Shown: piece after piece, positions 51,414-64,000 of the stretch | How positions within the stretch are numbered: the first letter of the stretch is position 1 | How the letters are laid out: every line of letters begins with the position of its first letter | From: Polymyxa betae A26-41 | Taxonomy: Eukaryota; Protista; Endomyxa: Phytomyxea | Direction: 5' to 3' | NCBI GenBank assembly: GCA_003693705.1 | Contig: RBZT01000657.1 | Span: 1 to 64,000 of the forward strand | DNA length: 64,000 nucleotides | Position numbers and translations under genes: made by a program | The notes under the pieces: model-generated | The model's input: only the letters and a program-made list of their open reading frames with translations | What the model was told of the DNA's origin: nothing | Database searches by the model: none

Positions 51414-54187
51414 TTAACTACTTTCTTGCGATTTCATCTCGGATGCAATAGTTGCACGTAGGTTTTCTACAGAACTATTCAATTTGTCCGTTGGGTTTGC
51501 AATTTCTTCTTTCACAGCTTTCACTTGATCAATCACTTCCTTAGCAATCTTGCTTTTATCAAGAGCTTCGAGCAGTTGATCAACGAGCGAAAACGGAGCA
51601 TGTAGAATCATTCCAATGACGCGATAAAGTAGTAATATGATTGCCGAAAGCACAATGGCTTGTGGTCGTTGTTCATTTAAAACTTGTTGCGCTAATCGAG
51701 TTTTCATAGTGAATCCAATCTGTTTCAATTTCTTTTTTGGAATATCTTTTATCTGAATGTCACTTTCTGCTGCTAAGGATTTGAACTGCACGAAGAATTC
51801 TGTTGAGTTCTTTTGCAAACTTAATGCTAGAATGGACTGAGAGCTCTTAGAGAGAATCATCTCCGAAAGCTTCTTCCTCTGGTCATCATTTAATCCTGAC
51901 TACAAAAAGGATCAATCAGATTGCCCCAAGATTTAAATCTAGATATTGTACTTTGTCCTCGTCAGCATAGTCTGCATTGCTGAAATAAACATTCAATCGC
52001 AACAGCGCGTCAGAAAGTTCGAGACCAGTGGTTGTGATGAGATATTGCTCCAATGGTACAACGTCGTCCATGAGGTTTGAAAGTTCATTGTTTGCAGCAC
52101 TAAATGCCTGAGTTCCAGATCAATTACGCAATGTAGATTCGATACGAGTATGTTACCTGAAAATGCTCAGACAAGCCCTGAATATGCTGGATCCAGCGCT
52201 TGATTTGCTTTCTACGAACTTCAGATAGATCAATACTACTTTGCGATCCATCATCGAGTATGTGAGGAGAGTCTCGGATCTGCAACCGTTAGCAAATTTT
52301 TTTCTCAACAGTATGGATGATCAACAACCTTCTCAAACTGGCTCTGCAAGCTGGGCGCGATTATAGGAATAATCCCTCCAACAAGAATGGAATCACATTC
52401 AGGAAATGAAGAGGTGAGAGTATTCTTAACGGAGCCGAGATCGAGCGATGGCCCTGATAACATGTTTGATTTTTCAACTCGTCGTTAACATGAGCCATAC
52501 TTATATGCCTAGCCAAGGCATCGTTATTACTACCAGAAGAACTTTTTTTAGAACGGCCTTTCTTTGATTTTGAGCCCTTAGTATCAGCATTGTCTTCAAC
52601 AATGGGAACTGGCTGATAAATATGCTAAGAAAACTGAAGAAATGGACGATAATCACGAAAAAACCTGTTTGCCTTTCTGATGCATGACAACCGCCGCTTG
52701 GGTACCTAGCTCAGTAACGAATGCTTCGAGTGAAGCAACACATGACTTAATAAAGACATTTGAAACAACGAAGACCTTTCATATAGCTCAGAATCAGTTC
52801 GAAGCATGGTGAAAAGAAGCTGACCTTTTCTATATGGTGATATTGCTTCGCAGCCTTTTTCAAAATAGCTGATTCCTCTGCTTTTTTTATAACAGAAGCA
52901 ATATCATCCGCTGGTAGCGATGATGGCAGAATTGACCGGACATCCAACCACGATTCAGATGATAGAATATCTTTGATAGCCGATTCGACCTAAAGCGAAC
53001 ATTACAACAAGGGCGAGCTTTCACTTAGCCAGACCAACCGATTGCAACAGAGCAGGGTTAATAAAAATTCGTTGAAGAAGGATACCATTAGGAAATAACT
53101 CTAAAAGGTATTGTGACGGCTTTGAAAGCCCGGCACCATGTAGCTTGCTAAGTTCGACAAAACTAAGACAGGGCTTAAATAGCGAATATCAATGACATCT
53201 GGTTCATGTACTTGTTTTGAGTATATAAGGCGGAAATGTACTCCTTTTGAGCTCGAATATACACCCAGGGAGTAAACACTCCTAGACAGGCAAAATTAGG
53301 CCTCAGCTATTTAAAAAGTGCAAATACCAAGAGAATTTGAGCCACCAGAAATGCTCCCAGGTAAGGAATCTTCCATTTCTTGGACCCAATTTTTCACCAA
53401 CTTTTCTTGCAACCCATAACCTGATATAAGTGACTGTAAAGACACAGGTCTGGTGCAACCTAGTAATAGTCCTCGAATCTTAAAGCACATTCTTATTCGC
53501 TAGATGCAGAAAATCAGCCAAAAAATTACCTTTGCGTTATTTGTAGTCGCATACAAATCAGTATATAGCTTCTGAGTTTGGAGATTCAGCAGACAATTGA
53601 ATTTTTGACCCAATGAATGCAGACGAATATCCAGTTCAGACTGAATGCGTCCAACAGGAAGGGCAAACTGCTGCGATAGCGCAGCTAGCGTAACCATGCC
53701 CGATTCTAAAACGGCTAAAGACAAATCAGGGCACGCCATTGCAACCATACATCTCAGTTCGCATACATTCGGCAATTTCTGAGCACATTGTATCAATATA
53801 TAATTTCGAAATGATTTGACCGTTGACAAGAAACATTGAGGAACCAGATACAACTTCGCTTGCTGCTGTCTCGATGTTCGCAAGATCGACATTGAGCAGA
53901 TCTGGCAGGTCAGTGATTGATATTCGACCTCCATGTGATCGAACTTCGGACAGAATCTCTCTCCTTAAGCGACCAGGTGTCAAAAACTGCTCAAATTTCA
54001 GAAAGCAGAAACAGAAATTCAAACGTCATCACACTTCTTTCCCAGTTGAAGAGAAAATGAGCTTCAACCGCCCGCTTTCAATCAATTTCAGAACGATTTC
54101 GACACAATTTCTTTCAGACAGCCGTTGGACGATTTCCGCCGCCTGGGCCCGTTCGAGCTCCTGCTGCAAGGCCCAGATCTCGTCCAT
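51414..54187 (-). CDS. UFL1: E3 UFM1-protein ligase 1
   Basis: MDEIWALQQELERAQAAEIVQRLSERNCVEIVLKLI..STGKE..FLTPGRLRREILSEVRSHGGRISITDLPDLLNVD is the UFL1 N-terminal signature. Confidence 0.92.
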
Positions 54188-54545
54188 TATTCAAGAAAAG
54201 TAATGCGGGAGGAATTTTGCCTATATTCTGAATGAGCGAAGTGACGTCGTGCCAACTGCAATGCCTGACTCTTTCCAAGTAACCAAGCAGTACAAAGCAA
54301 AAAAGCGAGTCAATCAGTCTGTCCTAGATAGACCGCAACCAAGAAGAGGAAAACTGACGGCACAATGAGGACGCCAATAGTGAAGATGCAGTGATTATGG
54401 TGCGACTTCGAAACCACAGCAAATCAATGTCCGACTTAGGCAATGATATGACCAAATGATGATGAGGAAGATTCAAGAGGTCTCCACAGAGAAATTGTCG
54501 TTCGGACGGAGGTGCGCAGCCCTCTGCTTTGCTTTCGTAGTCATT

Positions 54546-57500
54546 ATGGGCTCTGCAGAGGCTGATGGTGATACCGGTCAACAGGTGGCTATCACAGGCA
54601 CAAGGTTGGATCGTCTGTTCGCACTGCTGGAAGGTATGCAATTCGGTCTGTGTGGAAGTGGTGTTCTGAAACCCTCGGCTCAGTTGGATCGAACACTTTA
54701 ACAAGGAAAACAGCTGCACAACAAATCGGCGAGGTTCAGAAGTATCATCCACATGAGCTTCAAAACTTGTTATTTCGTGTATGAACTTCAATTGCTTTGT
54801 TTCAAGCTTTCACTGAAGGATAGTTCAGCTTAGAAGATATCTCCACCAGAAAAACTGGGATACTCGTACTGCTGCTGGTCAAGCTGTGGAATACATTTGC
54901 CAAAATGTGAAACCTTTCAATCCAAACTGGGATCCTGATGCTAAAGAAGTTGCTGCCTCAGCGCTCGAATCGGAGCACTTTCGTGTTGCTCTGAGGTTCA
55001 GTAATTTTAACCTTCTCGAGATCATCGATCGTGGTCAGCATTTATTGAGCTCTGGCGGAAATGTTTGTTTCATTTTGATAATTACTTTTATCGATGTTTT
55101 ACATTCAGCTTCTTTAGGAGTTCGAAATGGATATTGATATGGGTAATATGGACCCCAAGGCAAGAATCGAAATTCAAAAGAAACGCCTATTAAAGCGTCT
55201 GGGGTTTGACAAAAAGATCGATTGCGGTATTAAGCCCGCGAAATCCATTTTTTGTTTTAGTGAAACAGTGTTAGGAATCGAGCACATTTTCAAGGATGAA
55301 GACTTTGAGATGCAGAAAACCGTCAAGGTGGAAGACAGGTATGAGTATCCTTAACATTGGGATTTCACACTGATCAAGTTTACAGTAAAAAGACGGCTGC
55401 AGCCGTTGTTTCCGCAATGGAAAACTTGAGCTCTCGGGAGCTGAATCGCCTGAAGCGTCTTGAAAAGAGGAAAGGCAAAGGATCGGCGACCTCTAGGGTC
55501 AATGGAGGTTCTGCCAATGCCAAATCTCATACTCCTCAAACAAGTATGAATTCATGTTTGTCTCATCACTCTCGCTCATTTTTCCAGTTGTAAGCGAATC
55601 GGTAACGGATCCCAGTCTGGCCGATCTGCACACCGAATGGCCTTTCATGGCTTTCGCTGAGCAGCTACTTCACGATCTCTTCGATCCAATTTGGGAAGTT
55701 CGACATGGGGCTGGTGTGGGTCTCAGAACGGTTTTGCATTCGTAAGATGATTTTTTTCGTTTTCCGAAACATGGCATTATCGTTAATGTTCAATGAATCC
55801 TGTGATTAGGCATGGGCGTTATAGTGGTATGTCGGTTGCCACCGCTACCGACAATGAAGGTCTCGCCATACAACACAGCGAGTGGGTGGAAGATTGTGCA
55901 ATCCGCTTTCTCTGCGTTCTTGCATTAGATAAGTTTTCTGATTACTCTTCCGGACAAGTTAGTGGGTAAATTGCTCTTTTGCTGTTGGCTGAATCTCTTT
56001 AGGCTGTCTGCCCAGTTCGTGAGACCTGTTCACAGGCACTTGGTGTGCTTATGCAACATGCTCCCAACAAATCACTTCATGCTGTCGTTGACTGCCTCTT
56101 AGTTCTTTCCGTAAGTTTTTTCTGTCCGCTTTCGCTGTGTTTTTTCAAACCAACTACTAGGGTCGTGATGAATGGGAACTGAGACATAGCGGATACCTTG
56201 CTTTGAAATACGTCTTTGCTGTTCGACAAGATTTCATTGAATCCTCTTTAACAAAATTGATTCCGTCTTTGATTCGAGGGCTTAAAGATCAGTATGTCAC
56301 GAGCTCACTTTTCTTTATCGGTTACTGACCTGTCTTCTAGATCAGACGACGTCCGCGCCATCGTTTCAGATTCGGTTCAACCTATTGTTAGTGTCGTTGT
56401 CGAAAAAGCCTCACATGCCGTCCCTGCGCTTGTTTCAGCTCTGTGGTCCGCAATATCTGAATACGATGACCTTTCTGCTGCTACGTCCAGTGTTCTACAA
56501 GCCCTTGCTCAATGTTATTCTCATTGCGGGGTCTGGGTTTTGTTCTGCCATCATGGTTATTAAGCCTTTGAACATAGGTCGCGTCCATTCGCCTTGATGC
56601 CGATCTTTCTGAATATATTCCACGCATCTGGCCTTGCTTGTTTCACAGCTCTCCTTCTGTGAGGCTTACTGCACTAAATACGCTGCGAAAGATTGCTACT
56701 CTTTCGAAGGACGATAAGTCTTGGTTCACCCCATCTCTAGGTCTCGCTTGGCTTCGTACTCAGTTCCAAGTATCATTTTTTCGCACGAGGAGTCTCCATA
56801 TTAACAGATTCTAGGCGCTATTGTTTGAAGATAACCCAGAAGCTGTGGAGAAATCGATATCATTTTGGCGCATCCTTGTCGAACGGATTCATCAGAGACA
56901 TCCAGCTACATTATCTTCGTCTTCAAGTCGGGTTTTAACCGAAGGCATGATTGCCCTTTCAGTTGCCGGTCCTAATGAAGCTCTTGATCCACGTTATCTT
57001 CTAAATTCTTCACACGATAATGACCAAGTTTGTAATTCACTGTTTCCATTGATTTCTCTTCTAACTTTTTCGCAGAGCGAAGAGCAAACTTCATCGAAGC
57101 GTCAAAAGATTTTTTCTGATAATAGGTTTCAATGCTGTTTGTCAAATTCCTACCCCATTGAGATAACTCCCAGTGTGAAAGTGAAGAATTCGCCAAGTGG
57201 TAGCACTGCAATGCTTCTGCGAGGTGCTCGAGCTCTCGGTATTGCCGCTCCTTATTTATCAACTGAGACCCTGCAACATCTCGTTCATTTGCTTGACAAG
57301 CCTCGTGCCTATACCCGAATTTGTGCTTGTGTAGTGTGGTCAGATTCCAAACTACCGCATGCTAATGCACAGTTGAATAAGAATCTCGGTTCAACTATCG
57401 ATTTGAAAAAAGGCAGCTTCTGAACTGTTTGTAGGTCCTCTGCCACATGGTGGAGCGGAATTTGTGGAATTCAAATTCCACCGCGACCGGCTCAAAGCAT

Positions 57501-60500
57501 TGGTTTGCAGTTGCTTATGTGGAAAGCATTGCCCTCAATCTGTTCATTCCAGGTTTCGGAGCTATGTCGGAATCAAAATTTGCCGTTTGTTGAACCGGTG
57601 ACCTTTGAATCAGCAATCGCGTTGCTAACTGATCAGGTATCCAGTGCTCAGCCTGCTCTTTCTCAGGCTATTCTTGCCACTAAGGGTATTATTAGTTGGG
57701 TTTTTAAGTCTTTTAAGCTGAAAACCGTTCTAGCTAGATCGGAAAATGAGTGTCGCGCTTTGGTTTCAATCATCAACGCCTGTGCTGCTTGTGCCCTTCT
57801 TTCTTGTCAAGATTCAATTCCGGACAAGTTAAATCCAATAATCAAGCCTCTTTTAAAGGCTGTGGAGAAACAACGTCAGGCCGAGCTTCAAGAGCGATCT
57901 GCGAAAGCTCTTGGTAATGACATTCAGATCGCTGTTACTGTCTTGCTGAGTTAAATTAGGGACGCTTGTCCATCGGTGCATTGGACGTCCTGGTGCTGCC
58001 AATAACAAACTTCTTCAAAAACTTGTTGGCGCTGCCACTCTAATGCGCGACGAAACTCCTGTATCCTCCAACAGACAATTTGTTCTTCGTCTATTAACTT
58101 GGTATTCTCTAGTCTGAAGATCGTGAAATTGAGCTACGTGGCACTCGCCGAGCAATTCAGGCGATATGTGACGCTTGTGGAACCGACCTTTTCTCATCGT
58201 TGCCTATTGTCTATGAAATGGCGTCATGCACAATGAGAAGGTTTCGAGATGGGTCTTCCAATAATGACTGGAACAGTGAAACAAATCTGGTCTGAATTTC
58301 CGATGGTTTGACTCCATCCCAACTGAAAGGCAATAGGCATCTCTGTTTCTTGAAATGCAGTTCTTGTCACTACTTTTACATTACGCCGATCAAGAACTGA
58401 TTCGATCTAAGATCCCTGAACTTCTTCCTTTAGTGTGTCACTGTCTAATTCACTCTTCGTCCTCTATTCGTGATCAAACTGCCATTACCCTGACTCATTT
58501 CTGCAAAGCGGATCTGGTCTACTCCTTTGAATATGGTTTGAATCAGCTTACGTTGCTAGAAAACAATCTCATCTAATTCCAGTGATAACGAATATTGTTC
58601 CTTTGCTGTCGTCTGCGAAAAATGACAGTGCAAGAGCTGGTGCATCAATTGCAATTCATAAGTGTTTATCCGAGCTGGGAGTCCTCATTGTACCATATTT
58701 GGCATTCATTGTCTCTCCACTGTTAGCAAGGATGACGGATCCGGTACTTGGTACGTGTCTCCATGCTCTGGCTGGTTGTATTTTCACGAAAATCAGAGAT
58801 CAGAGAAATTGCCAGTCTGAGCTTCGCTGCTGCAGTTCGGCTTATGCCGTTAGAATCCGGTGTTGCTGATCCAGAAAATATGAACCCCCAGGTTTAACCT
58901 TTTTTTGGTTCTCTCGATCGGAATTAATGGAATCTCAGCTATCAGTTAAACGGGCCGAAAATCGTGCTTTTATATCCCAGTTGCTGGATGGAACGCAAAT
59001 TCCCGATTACAAAGTTCCCGTCAAGGTCAAAGCTGAACTGAGGCGTTACCAGCAAGAAGGTGTCAATTGGCTGTCGTTCTTACAAAGATCCAACCTTCAC
59101 GGGTTTGTCTGTTTGGCATTTCAATCATGGAGTTCTCACCTTCTTGCTCTTCAGCATTATATGTGACGACATGGGTCTCGGTAAGACATTGCAGACCATG
59201 TGCATTGTAGCGTCTTGTGTTGCTGAAAGACGCCATGCCTGTGCTGAAGTGCTCCCTACTCTGGGTACATTGGATTTTTTTTTCAAATTTCCGTTCAAGC
59301 GGCCGTACATTGCTTTCATGATGACTGCTTTAAACTGATTGTGCTCTCAGTTTTATGTCCTTCCACTCTGGTTCATCACTGGGTATTCGAAATCGAGAAG
59401 TTCTGTGAGCCATCCGATTTAACTGGATTTGCCTATGATGGTACTTCCAACGTCCGGGCCTCTTTGAGACAGCACATCTTCAAGGAAGCTCGTGATAACG
59501 TTGTAGTGATGTCATATAATGTTACTTGGGCTTTGTTACTATTTGCTGGCGGTCTGACTCCTTTTCAGGTTTGGCGGTCGGATCTACAATACCTGCAAGG
59601 AATCCGTTTCAATTATTGTATCTTGGATGAAGGCCATGTCATTAAAAATCCCAAATCTCGTCTCACGGAAGCTGTTAAACAAATTCGTGCTAACCATCGC
59701 CTTGTGTTGTCTGGAACCCCGGTTCAAAATGTCGTCACCGATTTGTGGTCGATTTTCGACTTTCTGATGCCTGGCTATCTTGGTAGGTCCATATCCTATG
59801 TGTTTTGGGCTGTTTATCGATTCTATTGTGTCAGGCTCATTTCAGTATTTCAATGCCAAATACTCAAAACCGATATCGCTTGGAAGCGCAGCCAAAGCGA
59901 CTGAGAAAGATCAGGAATGTTCTATCAATGCTCTTGAGAATCTACACAAACAGGTTACATCAGAAATGGTCTGTTATGCCAGACTGAATGTAAACAGGTA
60001 CTGCCTTTCTTATTGAGACGTGTTAAAGAAGATGTTCTGGATGATCTTCCTGAGAAAATCATTCAAGACTATTACTGCGATTTAGCACCATTGCAGGTTA
60101 CTTTTTAACTCTCACACCTGTTGCTGGTCGTTAATATCGCATTTAGCTGGAGCTGTATGATTCGTTCTCTAAGAGCTCTGCGGCTCAGGAGGCTCAGTCC
60201 GATATCTCTTATGACCAGATGAAAGATTCTAGTCCAAATGGTTTATGTTGTTTCTAAGTTTTTTCTGGATAATGCTAAATATTCATCAGATGGTGCGAAG
60301 CATGTCTTTCAAGTGTTGCAGTATTTGAGGAAGTTGATAACGCATCCATTGTTGGTTCTCGATCAGAGTCATCCGGAATATCAACGTGTAACCGCGCAAC
60401 TGAAGCAGAACAAGCAATCGCTTCACGATCTAGGTAGAAATCGCTCTTCTGGATTTATTCTGTTTTGACTGTTGAATAGAGTTCTCTCCCAAGCTTCTGG

Positions 60501-61378
60501 CTCTTCAACAACTGCTTACAGACCTCAATATCGGGACTCAGTATGGATTTAATGCGGTCTCCCAGCACCGTGCTTTGGTGTTTGCTCAGTTCAAATCTGT
60601 TCTTGATATCATTGAAGAGGATCTCTTTAAACGGCATATGCCTGCTGTCACCTATCTCAGGTTTTTGCTATTTTCTTGATATCGTCATTATATTTGACAT
60701 CAAGATCAGGATGGATGGCAGTCTGTCGCCTGTTGAGCGATTCGAGGTTGTGAAGAAATTCAACAGCGACCCATCAATCGATATCTTATTGCTGACTACC
60801 CATGTTGGCGGTCTGGGTCTCAACCTTACAGGAGCAGACACTGTCATTTTTATGGAGCACGACTGGAATCCATCGAAGGATCTTCAGGCAATGGATCGTG
60901 CTCATCGAATTGGTCAAACCAAGGTTAAATGCTTTCAGTGTTCAGGAAGATTTGTTTTCAAACGTGGTATCAGGTCGTCAATGTTTTCCGATTGATAACG
61001 AGAAACACTTTGGAAGAGAAAGTCATGAGACTCCAAAAATGGAAGCAAAGTGTTGCAAATTCTGTTATCACTCAGGATAACTCATCGTTGAGGTTATTCA
61101 TTATCTCTTCTTGCTAATTTCCGCGCTGAGATATTTTTGGCAGGTCTATGGACACAGATCAGATTCTGGATCTTATGACGGTTACAACCGATAAATCTAA
61201 GGCTCCTCAAACTTCAGCCAAGTCAAAGACCGAACTGGATGCTCTTGGAAACGTGGTCACTGTCACTCCAGGAAAGACAGGCATGAAAGCGATGCTGGAA
61301 GGTCTTCAAGAAATGTGGGATGAATCTCAGTATGAAGAAGAGTACAATCTCGATCAATTCATGAAGAGACTGAAATGA
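54546..61378 (+). CDS. BTAF1: TBP-associated SNF2-family ATPase MOT1/BTAF1
   Basis: TRLDRLFALLE N-terminus, DLFDPIWEVRHGAG, PDKLNPIIKPL, LRRYQQEGVNWL, CDDMGLGKTLQT, ILDEGHVIKN, LSGTPVQN, QAMDRAHRIGQ, and C-terminal WDESQYEEEY. Confidence 0.96.
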
Positions 61379-61743
61379 TTGCCTGCTGCCATAATTCTGT
61401 TCTCGTATTTATTGCTATTCGATAAATGTTTAAATGCATGTTTAATGCTGCACTAATTTGACGTTGTCCCTTAACACGATCCGTTGAATGCGAGAACCAA
61501 ATCGTCGCTGCTCCTTGGTTCAATATTCCGAAACGACCACATCTATGTTAACAGCTAATTCTGTAAAAGGTTGCGTTCGAGAGCAAAGGCTAATTTCAAC
61601 ATAGCAGCCAAAATTTGCGAATCTGAACGTTTCGACGGCGCTTTTGTCACAATGAACACGTTTCTCATAGTTTTGTCATTTCGCTTACCTCTCACCAATT
61701 CATAAAACATCTGTTCTGAAAGCTTAACCAGGAAATGAATGTC

Positions 61744-62038
61744 GGGAATAATGAAGGTTGAGGAACGGAGATGTACCCCAAGGCCCCAACTTAACCCCAG
61801 AGGCCAAACCATTCCCGGAGCGATTATACGTGGCTCGGTGCGAGTGCAAAGGGGCCGGAAGGCCATCACCCCCGGGCTGTTGAGGGTCCCCGCTCCACTG
61901 TGGCCGCGTTACATGGACAGTGGAAGGAATCGGCCCTTAACTGTCGGAGTCCGTGACGGGCGTCGAGTGGGGTAACTCTTTGGCCCCGTCACGCTTTGCC
62001 TTGTTGGGTGCCCAACCCTTCCATATTATCTGATTCTC
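61744..62038 (+). ncRNA. Candidate structured non-coding RNA (unassigned), with C/D-box-like ends
   Basis: GC-rich intergenic island. Nested complementary stems at 61773-61784/61998-62011, 61852-61857/61931-61936, 61894-61901/61917-61924 and 61952-61960/61985-61993. Box C-like ATGAAGG at 61751, box D CTGA at 62030, terminal stem GGGAA/TTCTC. Confidence 0.55.
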
Positions 62039-62089
62039 TATATGAATCAGGAGGACGGTCTATGTGCCAGTACTCTTCTCTCATTTGCA

Positions 62090-63037
62090 ATGACGTCCAG
62101 CGTCATATCGCCGCCATCGACACCCCAGCCCGAGCCCCAACCAGAACTCGGGCACCCGCCATCACCGCCCTCATCGCCGCTTCCAGATGACGATTGCATG
62201 TTTCCAGTAAAGAAAATCTCGGCTATTATGAAGCGTGCTCTGCCGCCCGGCGCCTTCGTCTCCAATGATGCTAAACGAGCCGTTCAGCGCTGCGTCTGCG
62301 AGTTCATATGTTTTCTGACGAGCGAGGCGAGCGATAGGGGTGGTAAAGCTCGGAAAGTGATCGAGAGCGAAGATATTCTGCATGCATTCAGGCATCTTGG
62401 GTTCCATCAATATTCGGATTTATGCCAGACCTATATTGGTCGGTTTGCTCTTACATTTGGACGTCAATAATCGCCTACTTACATGACCCAATTAGATCGT
62501 TATCGGAGTCAATTTAGAAACGATACGACAGTGATCTCCCAACCACAATATCATCCAACCTCGCATCCTCCGGCATCGTTATCGCCCAACAGCAGGCGGA
62601 GGCCTCGAGCCACGTTCACCTCGGCGCCTCAATCGAAGCATCTTCGTCGAGCCGACAACAATCCTGATATTCATGCCTTCAAATCACTGTATGATGTCTC
62701 TATTGAAGTCGCTTCATCATTGGTGTATGCTTGGTCGTCACCGATTCTGGAGACAGCTTTGTATCTTGCAGCATCGCCAGCAACGACACCAGCTGCAGCA
62801 CCTGCTGACCCAGCAGCCGTATCTCCCATGTTCTTATCCAGGTTGCAGAACATGTCGATGATGTCGCCTGCAATGCTGCCCGAACAAGCTCCAGCTCCAC
62901 CGTCAATGATGCTTTCTGGATCCCGATATGCCTTCTCTTCATATAATGCTTTACAAGCAGCTGCCAGGCGTGGCATTACTGTACAGAATTTAATCCTGCA
63001 GAACAGCGCAGCCAACTCATTATCGCAACAATCATGA
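62090..63037 (+). CDS. Divergent NF-YB/HAP3-like histone-fold protein (CBFD_NFYB_HMF) with low-complexity C-terminal tail
   Basis: FPVKKISAIMKRALPPGAFVSNDAKRAVQRCVCEFICFLTSEASDR..KVIESEDILHAFRHLGFHQY..YIDRYR. Intron 62439-62495. Alternative ATG at 62042. Confidence 0.82.
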
Positions 63038-63319
63038 TGAAGATGCCATCTCTCATGCCATGTATTAATATCACGGTCGTTGCTCGTTCAAGATAGGGCC
63101 ATTCAAAGGCCATCTGTCTTGCCAATAAATGTGAATCTTGACCGTCATCAGAATATCTAGACTGTTCAACACAGAAAGTCTCTATCATGTTTCACTACCT
63201 GATATGGCTGCTGTTACGAATTCTCGAACTGACCCCAACTACATAGTATGGGTTCATATAATAACCAGTGATATCATTCAGGATAAAGCCAAATCTATTA
63301 TCAAGGCCGTTGGCCCAAC

Positions 63320-64000
63320 ATGTCTGTTAAAGACACCAAACATGACAGTATCCGGCTGAGTTTGGGTGATAACAATTCCATCAGCCAGAGCGTGAAAAAA
63401 TCGCAGGACAGCTCGAAGAAGTCGCAGATAAGTAAACTGTTTGAGCCGGTCATGGATGATGCTGCCTGGGAGCTCACTAATGTCACTACAATGATGAAAC
63501 CTCGAGTTAGCAGCATCAGCCAGTTCGATGATGATAGCGACTATGATGGTAATTTCGAGCTATTATGGCCATCAGATACTTGGTATAAACCTTGTGCTGG
63601 TAGATGATGATAAAGTGAAAGAAGCAGTTCATGGTGTTTACAGCTGGTTACGAAAGCGGGCCATTGGCATCACGATCATGATTCTATCGCTGGCTGCCAC
63701 CACGTTAGTCTTTATATTCGATCCAAACAATGAAATCAAGACAACCGAGGCAATTGGGTTATGGATCTGGACAGCATTACCGGGAATGGTGAGATCGACC
63801 ACGACATCGCCGTCGTTGATAATGAGCAAAACCGGGTTGTTCAGATCATTTTGGTGTATCTGGGGTCGGCGATCATAGAGCAAACCGCCTTAACATTGGC
63901 GGTGAAGATATCAGAGAGGCAACCGACCTGGCTTCTGGTCATCATCAAAGAGGAATTAAAGCATTACGTGTAATCAAACATCCACCTTGAAGTTTCCAAC
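63320..64000 (+). CDS. 5' part of a multi-pass membrane protein running off the window (MscS-like N-terminus possible, unverified)
   Basis: Ser-rich N-terminus followed by hydrophobic segments AIGITIMILSLAATTLVFIF, AIGLWIWTALPG and VVQIILVYLGSAII across short introns. Confidence 0.5.

Noticed and set aside
55345-55352. GTATCCTT resembling a U12-type 5' splice site in MOT1
   Set aside because: The upstream AG|GTATGA donor gives the correct frame with the TTTACAG acceptor, so the motif is internal to an ordinary U2 intron.
61785-61800. CCCAACTTAACCCCAG as a telomerase template
   Set aside because: It does not encode about 1.5 copies of TTAGGG, TTTAGGG or TTTTAGGG, so it cannot be called without knowing the real telomere repeat.
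61882-61978. RNase MRP assignment from GAGGGTCCCCG ... GGGGTAACT
   Set aside because: The two putative P4 strands are only about 80 nt apart, CR-I is not GAAAGUCCCC, and no GARAR loop is visible. Left unassigned.
54546-63037. MOT1 next to a histone-fold gene as a functional Mot1-NC2beta cluster
   Set aside because: The histone fold (IMKRALP, VQRCVCEFICFLTSEASD, EDIL) resembles NF-YB more than NC2beta/DR1, so adjacency is probably incidental.
1-64000. Numerous 60-240-aa antisense or alternate-frame ORFs (e.g. 2196-2606, 8245-8745, 14860-15585, 24749-25261, 42732-43202)
   Set aside because: They are shadows of real coding exons on the opposite strand or frame, with no motifs of their own.
1-64000. 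CRISPR arrays, rRNA, tRNA, spliceosomal snRNAs, or an alternative genetic code
   Set aside because: None was recognisable by eye. The in-frame stops I checked in conserved genes fall inside GT-AG introns, so stop-codon reassignment is not needed.

Overview
Gene-dense eukaryotic nuclear DNA with many short GT-AG introns, mostly about 45-60 nt, so the ORF track shows exon fragments. The tiny introns, centriole-associated CCDC77, UFL1, a CE4 chitin-deacetylase-like gene and TTT(T)AGGG-like motifs suggest a flagellated protist, plausibly a phytomyxid/plasmodiophorid (inference only). About 20 spliced genes can be supported. Recognisable ones are RRP12, two tandem EF-hand-CorA Mg2+ channels, proteasome beta1, CCDC77, a membrane-anchored CE4 pseudo-deacetylase, an RA-PH-RGS protein, VPS13, ELP1, tandem-Tudor SPF30, STI1, NDUFA2 (missed by the ORF track), UFL1, MOT1/BTAF1 and a divergent NF-YB-like gene. 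There is also a 970-bp TIR- and TA-bounded degenerate IS630/Tc1/mariner element. The most intriguing unexplained items are a ~290-nt highly structured, C/D-box-like ncRNA candidate (61744-62038), the catalytically dead CE4 receptor-like protein, the EF-hand-CorA pair, the RA-PH-RGS architecture, and telomere-like motifs that sit mostly inside introns. Exon boundaries were read by eye, so gene spans are approximate.
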